Below the pieces are notes generated by a model. It ran no database searches. It had not been told where the DNA came from and saw only the letters and a list, made by a program, of their open reading frames with translations. The position numbers were made by a program, and so were the translations under genes. From positions 1 through 64,000 of the forward strand of contig JBHLRS010000011.1 of NCBI GenBank assembly GCA_048882325.1: 64,000 bases of DNA, written 5' to 3'. Positions 28,078-38,150 of the stretch are shown here, in pieces. How positions within the stretch are numbered: the stretch's first letter is position 1; the number at the start of each line of letters is the position of its first letter. The DNA is from Candidatus Thorarchaeota archaeon. GTDB taxonomy: Archaea > Asgardarchaeota > Thorarchaeia > Thorarchaeales > Thorarchaeaceae.

Positions 28078-29085
28078 ATGAAAGGTTTCAAAGAATTCGG
28101 TATAGCAATGACAGGAGTCTTCCCAGTTCGTGAAGCGGTGGAACTAGCAAAATCTGCAGAGAAAGTCGGTCTGGGATCAGTTTGGTTTGCTGAGGACTAT
28201 TTCTTTCGTGGTGTAGTCCCCTTCATCACAGCTGCAGGGATGGCAACCGAACACATTAAGGTAGGACTCGGTGTGATTAACTGCTATTCAAGACATCCTG
28301 CACTCATTGCAATGGAGTTTGCGACTCTTGACGAGATGCTGAATGGACGTACTGTCTTTGGTCTTGGATCGGGAGTCCCCTATTGGATGACTCAGATGGG
28401 ATACGATATGGCAAAACCACTTTCAAGAATGCGAGAATGCGTGGATCTCATTCACAAAATAATGTCAGGCGAAAGCATAACCCATAGTGGGCAGTTCTTT
28501 AGTGCAAAAGACATCAAGCTGATCTTTGAGCCAGTGAGGAAGAGAGTCCCTATTTTTCTTGCTTATGAGGGGAAAATGGGACTGAAACTGTGTGGTGAGG
28601 TGGCAGACGGTGCGATTCTATCAGTTTTCAACACAGCAAGCTACGTCAAGTTTGCCATAGAACGTTTCAAGAAAGGCGCAAAGAAGACCGGACGGAATTT
28701 GGATGATTTTGAGGTTGTGTCCTATCTCCCCGTAGTTATCGATGATGACACTGATAAAGCAATATCAACCGCCCGAGAGTTCGTCAAGTTGTATTTTCCA
28801 GTCTCGAGTCCAGATAGCCCACTCATGAACCATGCAGGGATAACACCTAGGGATGTCATGGATTTTAAAGAAGCTGCTGAAAAGGGAGAAGATGTTGGTG
28901 CTCTGATAACTGACAAGATGGTTCAAACTACAGCTGTCGTTGGCAATGTTGAAACATGCATCAAACACATTCAGGGCATTATCGACGCAGGTGCAAATAC
29001 TCCTGTCCTCTTTCCTGTACCCGGAACCAATCCGGTGCAGACTTCTGAGATTCTGACAAAGGAAATTGCTCCCCATCTTCATTGA
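28078..29085 (+). CDS. LLM-class (F420/flavin-dependent, Mer-like) oxidoreductase
   Basis: AE.VG..SVWFAE, TEHIKVG.GV.N.YSRHPA..AM..ATLDE..NGR...GLG.G. Confidence 0.88.
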   Translation: MKGFKEFGIAMTGVFPVREAVELAKSAEKVGLGSVWFAEDYFFRGVVPFITAAGMATEHIKVGLGVINCYSRHPALIAMEFATLDEMLNGRTVFGLGSGVPYWMTQMGYDMAKPLSRMRECVDLIHKIMSGESITHSGQFFSAKDIKLIFEPVRKRVPIFLAYEGKMGLKLCGEVADGAILSVFNTASYVKFAIERFKKGAKKTGRNLDDFEVVSYLPVVIDDDTDKAISTAREFVKLYFPVSSPDSPLMNHAGITPRDVMDFKEAAEKGEDVGALITDKMVQTTAVVGNVETCIKHIQGIIDAGANTPVLFPVPGTNPVQTSEILTKEIAPHLH

Positions 29086-29251
29086 GTCTGGGAAGTATAT
29101 GACGACATAAGGAGTCTGAATCACATCGCACGCGCGGATGATTTGTGGCAACCTTGTATCATGATTTCAAATATAAAGATAAACTTGTCATACCACCAAT
29201 GTCTTAAATCGCCTTTAACATTGAAATGCAATACAAAAAACGTGATTTACA

Positions 29252-30208
29252 ATGACCGAGAAACTAAGGATATTTCACGCCTGTGATCCGCACGGATCTC
29301 AGCAGACATGGGAGAAGATGTGCCGAGCTCCGCAAGTATTCAAAGCCAATGTAGCCATGATGTGTGGTGATCTGACCGGGAAAGCTATAGTTCCTGTGGT
29401 CCAAGAGAAAGAGAACAGTTGGTATGCGCAGCCCTACGGAGAGAAGAAGAAGTTCAAGAAACAGAAGGATGTCGATCGCTTCATGAAGTTCTACAATGAT
29501 ACAGGAGCGTATGCCAAGATCTTCACACCTGAGGAGATTCAGAAACTCAAAGAAACGCCCGGTGCTGTCAAGGCGTTATTCGAGCAGCTGATGGAGGAGA
29601 GAGTCCTCGAATGGCTTGAAATGGCCAGAGAGAAGATTCCTGAGACTGTTGATATTATTGTCAATCCAGGCAACGATGACGATTGGGTCATTGACAAGCT
29701 CATTGAAAACGATCCCCGAGTAATCTATCCATTGAATAGAGTCATCGATGTACGTGGATATCCAATGATTAGTCTAGAGTGGGTGAACTCAACTCCATGG
29801 GAAACTCATAGAGAGTGCCCCGACGAAGAGTTGATGGACAAGCTAGAGGCTGAGTTTGCCAGAGTAGATGATTATACGAACTTGCTCTGCAACTTCCATG
29901 ATCCACCTTATGACTCTTCACTTGATACTGCGCCCATTCTCAAAGAGGTTGAAGGTGGTCATGTAGTTGTCAAATCTGGAGGGATGGATGTTAGGGGTCC
30001 TGTGGGTAGCAAATCGGTTAGAGCAACTATAGAGAAGTACCAGCCTTTGCTTTCGATGCATGGCCACATTCATGAATCGGTTGGATACATCAAAATTGGC
30101 CGCACTCTCTGTGTCAACCCAGGTTCTGAGTATAGAGAAGGGATACTCAAAGGGTTCCTCATTACAATCGAAGACGGAAAGGTTGTGGCTGGGCGAGTGG
30201 AACTCTAA
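29252..30208 (+). CDS. Icc-related metallophosphoesterase
   Basis: DPHG, GDLTGK, PGNDD, HDPP, HGHIHE, NPGSEY. Confidence 0.85.
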   Translation: MTEKLRIFHACDPHGSQQTWEKMCRAPQVFKANVAMMCGDLTGKAIVPVVQEKENSWYAQPYGEKKKFKKQKDVDRFMKFYNDTGAYAKIFTPEEIQKLKETPGAVKALFEQLMEERVLEWLEMAREKIPETVDIIVNPGNDDDWVIDKLIENDPRVIYPLNRVIDVRGYPMISLEWVNSTPWETHRECPDEELMDKLEAEFARVDDYTNLLCNFHDPPYDSSLDTAPILKEVEGGHVVVKSGGMDVRGPVGSKSVRATIEKYQPLLSMHGHIHESVGYIKIGRTLCVNPGSEYREGILKGFLITIEDGKVVAGRVEL

Positions 30209-30446
30209 CAAGAGTTTCTAGTCCGATTGTCTTGAAACAATCTAATGTCACATGCTGCATCGTTGGTGTGAAAACCAACTTCCCATGTAGAGCAGCATCA
30301 AATTCAATTGGGCAACTCGATGTATTTCAGAACTGAAACCTATTTAGAGTGCCCAGCTGAGTTCAAGATGCAGTAATTCTCGCGACCCCTCACTTTAAGT
30401 AGAAGTTCTTCTTTACTTACAGATTACTTTAGGAGTGTTACATAAC

Positions 30447-31565
30447 ATGGCTTTAATACTTAAGACTCGAACCGATGTTGAAGATTTAGCTTTAGGTTGC
30501 ACGTTCTTTGGTACTGGTGGTGGTGGAACGATGCAAGTGGGTCTAGAGATGCTATATCCACATATAGATGCTGGAAAGAAACTGACAATCATTGATGTAG
30601 ACACACTCAAGGATGATGATTGGATCGCCTGTCCAGCCTACTCTGGAACTATAGCTCCAGCGACGCCAGAAATAGAAGTGCTGAGAACACGTTTTCCATG
30701 GGATTTCAACGAACTGGAGTTGAAGGTAGGTTTGGAGATACTGGAGGAAAACTTAGGAGTGAAGTTCGCCGCTACAGTTCCTTTTGAGCTTGGTGGAATC
30801 AATACTCCTGCACCAATTGATGCTGGTGTGAAGCATGGAATACCATGTGTAGATGGAGACTACGCAGGAAGAGCCGTTCCAGAGCTTCTACAAAGTACTA
30901 CTTGCATTAAGGGAATTCCTATGGCACCGATGGCTCTTGTTGACTGGTATGGTAACAGAACGTTTGTCCAACATGTTATCAACTACGAGATGGGAGAAAG
31001 AATCTCTAAGGCATTGAGCGAGGTCGCCTGGGGTCGTTTGGGTAATGTACTCTTCCCTATCCAGGGCTCGACGTTCAAAGATGTTGTGATACCGGGAACA
31101 CTAAGTAAGGCATTTGATGTGGGAAAAGCGATTCGAGAAAGTCGTGAGTCCGGTGATGATCCTGCTGACAAAATCGTAGAGAAGAGCGGTGGCTGGATTC
31201 TGTTCAGAGGGGAAGTAATCGAGAAAAAGTGGGAAAACCGCGAAGGCTATATGTGGGGTGACACTCTTATCAAAGGGAGCGGATTGAAACCAGGAAATCG
31301 TCTTAAAGTGTTTTTCAAGAACGAGAACCATATACTCTGGATTGACGATGAACCTTGGGTTATGAGTCCTGATATCATAGAGATCATCGAGGCGAAATCT
31401 GGCGAACCAATAACAAACACAGACCTCAAAAAAGGTGACAAGGTCAGTGTGATTGGGATGAAGACTGTGCCAATCTTCAGGACCCCTGGAGGTCTTAATG
31501 TCTTGGGACCCAAGCATTTTGGCTACGATCTCAAATATACACCCATAGAGGAAGTTGTATCCTAG
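30447..31565 (+). CDS. DUF917 (S-methyl-thiohydantoin desulfurase-like) family protein
   Basis: G.GTGGGG, ELGG.N, VDGD.AGRA.PE, KNE, PDII, GP..FG; AGGAG RBS. Confidence 0.85.
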   Translation: MALILKTRTDVEDLALGCTFFGTGGGGTMQVGLEMLYPHIDAGKKLTIIDVDTLKDDDWIACPAYSGTIAPATPEIEVLRTRFPWDFNELELKVGLEILEENLGVKFAATVPFELGGINTPAPIDAGVKHGIPCVDGDYAGRAVPELLQSTTCIKGIPMAPMALVDWYGNRTFVQHVINYEMGERISKALSEVAWGRLGNVLFPIQGSTFKDVVIPGTLSKAFDVGKAIRESRESGDDPADKIVEKSGGWILFRGEVIEKKWENREGYMWGDTLIKGSGLKPGNRLKVFFKNENHILWIDDEPWVMSPDIIEIIEAKSGEPITNTDLKKGDKVSVIGMKTVPIFRTPGGLNVLGPKHFGYDLKYTPIEEVVS

Positions 31566-31690
31566 TCTGGCTCACCTATCTTGACAAATCTGGCATCATT
31601 AGGCCTTCGCTACCAGATGCACCTCTAAACCCTGCTACGACACGCACTACACCATGAAAACGATTCATCAATCAAACACAAATATGAAGT

Positions 31691-32392
31691 TCATAGTTTC
31701 AAAAGTACAACATAGTGCTTCCGGAGGAACCGGGGATCCTTCAGTACATTAATTCCTCTGTAGTCAACATTGAAAAACTTCACCGGATGGTCGTCGGTGT
31801 CCTCTCCCTGTTTTCTCATGAGTCTACTGCAATAGTCAATCAGTATCTGGACCCACTCTCGTAGGGCTATTTTCTCATCCCTTAGACGACTTGGATCTAG
31901 CTCAAGATAGTCATGAATTGCCCATGCTATTTTTCGATTGTACCATGCAGATGTCAGCACTTGGCTAAATACGAAAAAAAGAGCTATGATTGTCATCGGG
32001 AATACAATCCAAACAATCGATGTCCAATTTAAGGCATAAGTGAGAACCGCTAGTGGTATCATTATTGTCATTAGGATCAACGTGATGTATTGTATGGCCA
32101 TACGTCTTGACAAGGCTGACAACACTCCAGGAACCTCAGGGCCAATTGCTGCGAACTTGTGTAAAACAGATCTAATAGTCTTCCATTGATTGATGAATCT
32201 CTCAGGGAAGGCTCCTTGTCCAATAGCTTTCTCGATGAAAGTTAGATCATAGGTCCTTTGAATGCGGTACCCGTCAAAAATTGTAATCAGGTCTTTACTC
32301 CATTTCAAGTCCAGTCCGGATGGATCAAATTTAAAATCACTGACACTCCCTTTGCGTAAAGATTCCTTTTTCTTCTTTTGTCGGTGACTCAT
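31691..32392 (-). CDS. Hypothetical membrane protein (2 TM)
   Basis: Long ORF with two hydrophobic helices; ATG 32392 preceded by GAGGA. Confidence 0.6.
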   Translation of the reverse strand: MSHRQKKKKESLRKGSVSDFKFDPSGLDLKWSKDLITIFDGYRIQRTYDLTFIEKAIGQGAFPERFINQWKTIRSVLHKFAAIGPEVPGVLSALSRRMAIQYITLILMTIMIPLAVLTYALNWTSIVWIVFPMTIIALFFVFSQVLTSAWYNRKIAWAIHDYLELDPSRLRDEKIALREWVQILIDYCSRLMRKQGEDTDDHPVKFFNVDYRGINVLKDPRFLRKHYVVLLKL

Positions 32393-32549
32393 AGTACAAT
32401 GTCCTCTTAGCGACACCTCCATCATTTCCGAATAATTAAAGCTTCTCATTGATTGGAGGTCCACTGCCAGCTTCCTTATAAGACCCTTAGAGCAACAGCG
32501 GCAGGAGCAAGCAATTGAATTAGCTATATCCCTCCTGAAACTTTAGAGG

Positions 32550-33494
32550 TTGTGTCCTTATACATTGACTCAAGATAGGAATTTTACCGAATTTGATTAT
32601 GAAGGAATTAGCCCTCACAAAGAGCAACCAGGCGAACTAAAGCTGGGTCCTAATGGAGCAAGATTCATCTTTTCACATAAAAAACGCCGCCGGTCCTACG
32701 ATGTAGCTTTCGATGTGAAATGGTCTGAAGTAATTTCTTTTGATGCTCCTGAGGTGATTGTCTGTAAGGATGTCAAGTCGTGGCCACTAAACGAGGACCT
32801 TCCCGATAATTATAAGCCATTGGGACAGGCCGGGATGGTGTTCCTATTCATGAGGCGTCCTGATGGTATGTTTTTTCAGTATTGGGCTTTCATTCCTCTT
32901 GAAGATACGAGCAGAGTCAGAACCCTCATACAGGATTATCTAGAACGACCTTCATTGCCTGGGCTTGCTCATCATGGTACAACAGCCGCTGTAAGGTATG
33001 TCCTTGATCACTGTACTATCATTGAGCGGCATGCCGCTATTTGGCATGAGTGGCTTCGTAGAGGTCCTGTCTACCAGCCAAACAAGAAAAGAAGAGAGAA
33101 GGGACCAGACTATGTCTTTTGTAAGGAAGGGATGGCAATTGATTTCTTCGGTGCGAATTCAGAATTGGAACAAATGTCCACCTTTTGGCCGTGGCGAGTC
33201 ATGGAGGGCATATCAAAAGAGGATCGTGAAATTCTCTACAGGTGGAGTGATGGTGACTACATATACCGCCAATTAGTGTGGGATGAGGAGCGAAGAAACA
33301 GGATTCTTACCGGAGCTAAAGAGGTGTTTGAGCTCTACGGTACTTTAGAACACGTAGGCATATACCCTGTTATTAGACCTTGGTCCTTCCCGTCTAGTTT
33401 CCCAGATACGTGGGAGAAACTTGAGGCCTTCTCAAGCAAGCCAAGTAGAATCGGATTCCCACCCACTCATGGTCTAGATGAAAGCACCAGCTGA
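32550..33494 (+). CDS. Hypothetical protein, possibly tandem PH-like domains
   Basis: 314-aa ORF; two segments with G.L...G..F...W..V/M pattern. Confidence 0.5.
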   Translation: MCPYTLTQDRNFTEFDYEGISPHKEQPGELKLGPNGARFIFSHKKRRRSYDVAFDVKWSEVISFDAPEVIVCKDVKSWPLNEDLPDNYKPLGQAGMVFLFMRRPDGMFFQYWAFIPLEDTSRVRTLIQDYLERPSLPGLAHHGTTAAVRYVLDHCTIIERHAAIWHEWLRRGPVYQPNKKRREKGPDYVFCKEGMAIDFFGANSELEQMSTFWPWRVMEGISKEDREILYRWSDGDYIYRQLVWDEERRNRILTGAKEVFELYGTLEHVGIYPVIRPWSFPSSFPDTWEKLEAFSSKPSRIGFPPTHGLDESTS

Positions 33495-33579
33495 TTCTCA
33501 AAGCACTCAGGAGGACATACTCCCTCACGTTAGCATTGTATAATGCTCACTGTAATGAGATACCTCACTAAATCGCAAT

Positions 33580-33611
33580 AAAAAAGGAGTAGAGAGCTTG
33601 TTAGGCTCTCT
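33580..33611 (-). terminator. Hairpin plus T-tract downstream of APC permease
   Basis: Minus strand AGAGAGCCTAACAAGCTCTCT followed by ACTCCTTTTTT. Confidence 0.55.
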
Positions 33612-33624
33612 TAATGATTTTAAT

Positions 33625-35202
33625 CTACTCCGGTGGAAGCTGACCAAATATAGCCGCCATCTCTATACCTTTCTTGCTGTTCTTCATACCATAGTACGTG
33701 TAGAACAACTGGCCCACACCAAAGATGAATACCGTGAAGAATGTTTCAAACGGTACTGTGGCGCTAGGTACGAAGCTCACAACACCCCATAGGAAGAAGG
33801 CGCCTGTTACCAATCCCATTATGGAAACAACCGGTATGCCAAGGAATTTCCAGGCACCACTCCGCTCCCACAACGTTGGTCTGTAGTACGGCAAAGCCAC
33901 CTCTGCCCACGAGAACTGCAACCTAACGAAGGTGTACGTGAATGCAATTCCAATGGCCAATGACACATCATACCATAGAGCCAGTATGACAATCGCCCCC
34001 TGAATTATGGTTGAGAAGTAGAGTGCGTAGTCTGGTACATGGTATTTCGGATTTATGTGCGCCATGACCTCAGGACCCATTCGGTCCATCGCCATTGCGT
34101 GGAACGGTCGTGTCACCCACGTCGCGTTCGCCGGGCCATCAAGTGTTATGGTGATTAATGGCATACTGATAACAAGCCAAGAAAGTGGATTGGCACCAAG
34201 AATGACTGCAGCATAGTTGCCGACGCCTGGGTATATTATCGTAGCGTTAGCGTCCTGTCCCAGGTATCCAGCGAGTATGCTCTCGTTTAGGAAGCCTCCC
34301 ATGCTAGATTCAAGGGCAAATGCTGTGAGTAGGAAGAAACCACCAATACCGAGGGCACCACCAATGTTGCTGATTGGTATGTTCTTACTCGGCTGCGAAA
34401 CTTCTCCTGCTACTGTCATTACGAGATAGGGCCACATTATGCCCACAGCCGTTGACAATGCTGCGGATATACCTGCAATCGTCATCGTCGTGTAGTCGGA
34501 TAATGTTGTTCCTAAAACTGTCGTTATTGTTGCTGCATCGGACTGGGTAAGCGCATACTGTCCAGCCCCAAACACACCATCCCAAATTGTTGAAGTCATA
34601 GGCGTCGCTATCAAGACAACATCTGCGATTAATAAGGCAATAAGACTTACAAGACCAAAGATTATCGTAAATTGACCCCAGTGCTTCACCCTGATGTACG
34701 CAGGAATGAAACCAATGATTACGATAATCATAGCTACTGCTACGAGCCAATAGATATTGTTTTGAAGAGCTGTACCTGCTGCTATGAGACCCGCATTATT
34801 GACAGCGTTGCCAATAACAACGATTCCTCCAGCGGTTATTTTCGTTGCGAAGAAAATTCCAGATCCACGAAATATCGGATTCGAGATTACGCTTCTCCAT
34901 CCTTCCATTGAGCCGAATATCGGGTTCAGTCCTCTCCCTGTGAAGTGGTAGGCTGCACCTGATCTGGGCATTGCGAGCATCAGACAGGTTAGCCCGACTC
35001 CTTCGAACAGGATGACGAACGCACCAATACCGAAAGTTGGGACGAGTAGAGCGCCAGGAAACCAAGTTGAAAGTTGTGGCATAATAAAGTGGAAGTAAGC
35101 ACCACATGTCAATGCGATTGGAAGGATCAGTGCAAAAGCAGTTCCAACCTCCTTGACAAGTCCGGAGCTTTCTCGGACGAAAAGTAGTTGTTCATCGCTC
35201 AT
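33625..35202 (-). CDS. APC-family amino acid/polyamine permease
   Basis: FVRESSGLVKE, AMPRSG..Y, AGEV..P.KNIP, R...AMAMDR..P; about 12 TM. Confidence 0.88.
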   Translation of the reverse strand: MSDEQLLFVRESSGLVKEVGTAFALILPIALTCGAYFHFIMPQLSTWFPGALLVPTFGIGAFVILFEGVGLTCLMLAMPRSGAAYHFTGRGLNPIFGSMEGWRSVISNPIFRGSGIFFATKITAGGIVVIGNAVNNAGLIAAGTALQNNIYWLVAVAMIIVIIGFIPAYIRVKHWGQFTIIFGLVSLIALLIADVVLIATPMTSTIWDGVFGAGQYALTQSDAATITTVLGTTLSDYTTMTIAGISAALSTAVGIMWPYLVMTVAGEVSQPSKNIPISNIGGALGIGGFFLLTAFALESSMGGFLNESILAGYLGQDANATIIYPGVGNYAAVILGANPLSWLVISMPLITITLDGPANATWVTRPFHAMAMDRMGPEVMAHINPKYHVPDYALYFSTIIQGAIVILALWYDVSLAIGIAFTYTFVRLQFSWAEVALPYYRPTLWERSGAWKFLGIPVVSIMGLVTGAFFLWGVVSFVPSATVPFETFFTVFIFGVGQLFYTYYGMKNSKKGIEMAAIFGQLPPE

Positions 35203-35460
35203 TTTTTTTTCTCCTCTCTAACTTAACGTCACGACCATAATATGTTCTCTAATTACAACGTCGTGATGTTATTTTACCTGAGCAATCTCCTACTTAAAGT
35301 CTTGTCCCCCTAAATTTTCTGTTTGTTAAACACTGACTCTTTCTTTTTACTAAAGGTGGGACTATGCAATACCATACATAGTATTACTCTATTTTCAAAG
35401 ACGTAATTTCAAAAGAATATAGCTAATTGTCGATGTTTTTCAAACTACAGTTACGTTTAT

Positions 35461-36216
35461 TCACATCATTCCTCTGTACAAACCACCATCGATAAGCATC
35501 AGCGTGCCATGAATATAGCTAGCTAAAGGACATAGAAGGAAAGCACATGTCGCTCCAAACTCATTTGGTTTACCAAGTCGACCTAGGGGAATGTCTGCCT
35601 CAAGACTCTCCAAGACTGATTTGTCGCTACCAAGAATCTGTTCGACTCTTGCAGTGTAGAAATATCCTGGACATACAGCATTTACCCGGACGCCATCGGG
35701 ACCAATCTCGCTCGCAAGAGTACGCATCATCCCAATTACCGCTGGTCTGATAGAGTTTGAAAGAAGTAGATTGTTAATTGGCTGTTTTACAGAGATTGAG
35801 GTGCTGTACAGTATTGATGGCGACTCCGACTCCTTCAGGAGGGGTAGTGCTTCTCTTGTGAGCCAAATTGCGCTCATCAGGGTGAGGTTGAAGCTTTTTC
35901 TCCAGTCCTCGTCTGACACACTAGAGAAAGTCCCGCTAGGAGGGCCGCCTGCATTAATAAAGAGTCCATCGAGCTTTGAATTTTTTTTTTCAATTGCTTC
36001 AACTAGTTTCTTGATATCGTCTTGTTTTGAAACATCAGCCACTACGTACTCTGCCCTTTCACCGAGCTTAGAAACTGCCTGTGTTAGGGAATCTTCGGTC
36101 CGGCCGCAGATTACTACACGGGCTTTCTCTTGAACAAGTGTCTGTGCCACAGCATACCCAAGGCCACGAGATGCGGCTGTGACCAATATTGTCTTATCTT
36201 TCAATTTTAGATCCAT
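35461..36216 (-). CDS. Short-chain dehydrogenase/reductase
   Basis: VTAASRGLG, NAGGPP.G, SN..R, GVRVNAVCPG, IDGG. Confidence 0.9.
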   Translation of the reverse strand: MDLKLKDKTILVTAASRGLGYAVAQTLVQEKARVVICGRTEDSLTQAVSKLGERAEYVVADVSKQDDIKKLVEAIEKKNSKLDGLFINAGGPPSGTFSSVSDEDWRKSFNLTLMSAIWLTREALPLLKESESPSILYSTSISVKQPINNLLLSNSIRPAVIGMMRTLASEIGPDGVRVNAVCPGYFYTARVEQILGSDKSVLESLEADIPLGRLGKPNEFGATCAFLLCPLASYIHGTLMLIDGGLYRGMM

Positions 36217-36423
36217 CGGTTTCTAGACTCCGATGGAAACAACTCTGATGGGCTATTTCAACTCATCGGAAACACTTCGCATTAGGGATGATTTCGATTT
36301 CAGTATAGGTTGGGGCAAACATCATAAGGGGGATTTCATCCAACATAGTATTGCTTTCGTCTGCATTTGCACAAGTCTGCTTGATGATAATGACGGGCAT
36401 AGATAGAAAGACTAACGATAGCA

Positions 36424-37218
36424 ATGGTTGCGATTGTATTGGCCGAAAAGGCGTCAAGACTAACACTCAGAGAATGGTTAGCACAACACGCACGTGCTGA
36501 ACCAGTCCACTATAAGAAGATTGCAGAAGCACTAGAACGTGATCCTGCGTCAGTTTCTGCATCTCTGTCTATTGAAGGTAAGCAAGCTCAGGAGGATAAT
36601 AGACCTGCTTACTTCTTACGCGTTGGTCCCGGTCTCTACCAATACAATGACCTTTGTGAAGGGGCTGTGGACGAAGAGCTGATCTCTGAGGTGGGCGCCA
36701 GAGCCGCTGATTTTAATCATGCAACTCGACGTGAGATGCGACACGAGATAGCTAAGCTAGATCTGCATGGGTTCGATGACCTAGCAAGAATCATTTTACT
36801 CAACACACGAGCTCGAATTGAAGAGGCTGTTGAAGTTCACAGATATAATGGGACTGTCGTGCTTCTCACTTCATGGCGAGATGATGGTGGTAGATCTCCG
36901 GTTGTCGTATATGCGAAGAAGTGTGAGTATGACGAGAAGATAGGGGTTGATATTATTCGTGAGATTCGAGGGTCTCTCCCCACGTATCAAGCAAATCAAG
37001 GTGTGATTATCACAAATGGTATAGTTACTCCAGAGGGAAAACAAGAGGCACTCGGGAATACAGGAGGCATGAAGGTTTCTGTTCCCCCAGTCCACATAAT
37101 GGACATTGAGATCATGCTGAATATTCTTCTAGAAAGTCGAACTGGTGTCCGATCGAAGAGTGTTGAGGTGCTCCTTTTGGACCACGAATTCTTTAAACGT
37201 CTCCGACGTACGATGTGA
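36424..37218 (+). CDS. HARE-HTH plus Mrr-like restriction-endonuclease-fold protein
   Basis: HYKKIAE...P.SVSA.L...F.RVGPGLY (HARE-HTH); VYAKK...IG...IRE.RGS...QGVIIT......G..EA (Mrr_cat-like). Confidence 0.7.
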   Translation: MVAIVLAEKASRLTLREWLAQHARAEPVHYKKIAEALERDPASVSASLSIEGKQAQEDNRPAYFLRVGPGLYQYNDLCEGAVDEELISEVGARAADFNHATRREMRHEIAKLDLHGFDDLARIILLNTRARIEEAVEVHRYNGTVVLLTSWRDDGGRSPVVVYAKKCEYDEKIGVDIIREIRGSLPTYQANQGVIITNGIVTPEGKQEALGNTGGMKVSVPPVHIMDIEIMLNILLESRTGVRSKSVEVLLLDHEFFKRLRRTM

Positions 37219-37320
37219 TCCTTAAGCGTTTCAACTGTATCATAGTACTTTAATATGACTTTGAGAAAGTTAAGCAGAATCATTGTTGTAGATATTCTGA
37301 CCACTGAGGTGTAACAATAG

Positions 37321-38121
37321 GTGACAGAAAAATATGGTCCAATTCTTGACGATTTCATGAATGAAGCACTGAGAATCGAGAAGGCTGCAACAGACCTAGG
37401 AATACCTCTTAGAGTCATTGGCTGTTTAGCCTTTAGAATAAAGAGCCCTGAGTTCACAGACTTACATAAAAGAATGGGCCGCGAAGTGACCGACATTGAT
37501 TATGTGTCATACTACAAACATCGACAAAAACTTATCAACCTCTTCAGAGATGATCTTGGCTACTACTGGGTTCCACCCGGCTTTGCAAGAGCATCAACTC
37601 TCAGAGACCTCTTCGTAGACAATGAACGAGAAAGAAAGATCGATGTCTTCTATGATCACCTTGAATTCTGTCACAAGATTGACTTCAAGAAGTACAATCG
37701 CCTTGAGGTCGACAAACCAACAATACCCTTAGCTGAATTGCTCTTGGAAAAGACACAGATTGTTGAGATAAATGCAAAGGACTTGAAAGATTTGATCATT
37801 ACCTTTCTTGCTCACGATGTGAGTGATAATGGTTCTGATGACATGATAAATGGTCAGCACATCGCAAAGATACTTTCAGAAGATTGGGGTTTTTACTACA
37901 CAGTTACCGAGAATATAAAGAAGTTCATAAATTTCGTATCCAGTGTGAACGAAATCAACCAAGAGCAAAAGGATCTGATTATCAACAGAGCAACCAAGCT
38001 CCACCAAATGATTGAAGATGCTCCAAAGTCTAGGGGTTGGAATCGACGTGCAAAGATTGGTACAAAACAACGTTGGTACAAATTTGTACATTCAATGGAT
38101 AAAACCGAAGATGACGTTTAA
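37321..38121 (+). CDS. Pol-beta-like nucleotidyltransferase-fold hypothetical protein
   Basis: LRVIGCLAF...TDIDY...KIDVF; LLLEKTQIVEIN.KD.KD. Confidence 0.6.
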   Translation: MTEKYGPILDDFMNEALRIEKAATDLGIPLRVIGCLAFRIKSPEFTDLHKRMGREVTDIDYVSYYKHRQKLINLFRDDLGYYWVPPGFARASTLRDLFVDNERERKIDVFYDHLEFCHKIDFKKYNRLEVDKPTIPLAELLLEKTQIVEINAKDLKDLIITFLAHDVSDNGSDDMINGQHIAKILSEDWGFYYTVTENIKKFINFVSSVNEINQEQKDLIINRATKLHQMIEDAPKSRGWNRRAKIGTKQRWYKFVHSMDKTEDDV

Positions 38122-38150
38122 TGTAAGCATGCTTTTGGGGATTTGAAACA

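Noticed and set aside
35981-35990. A10 homopolymer in the SDR gene as a phase-variation site
   Set aside because: ORF is intact and it simply encodes EKKN; no evidence of variation from one sequence
36263-36400. Possible 45-aa ORF (MPVIIIKQTC...) on the minus strand
   Set aside because: No clear RBS or motif, and almost no promoter space before the divergent gene
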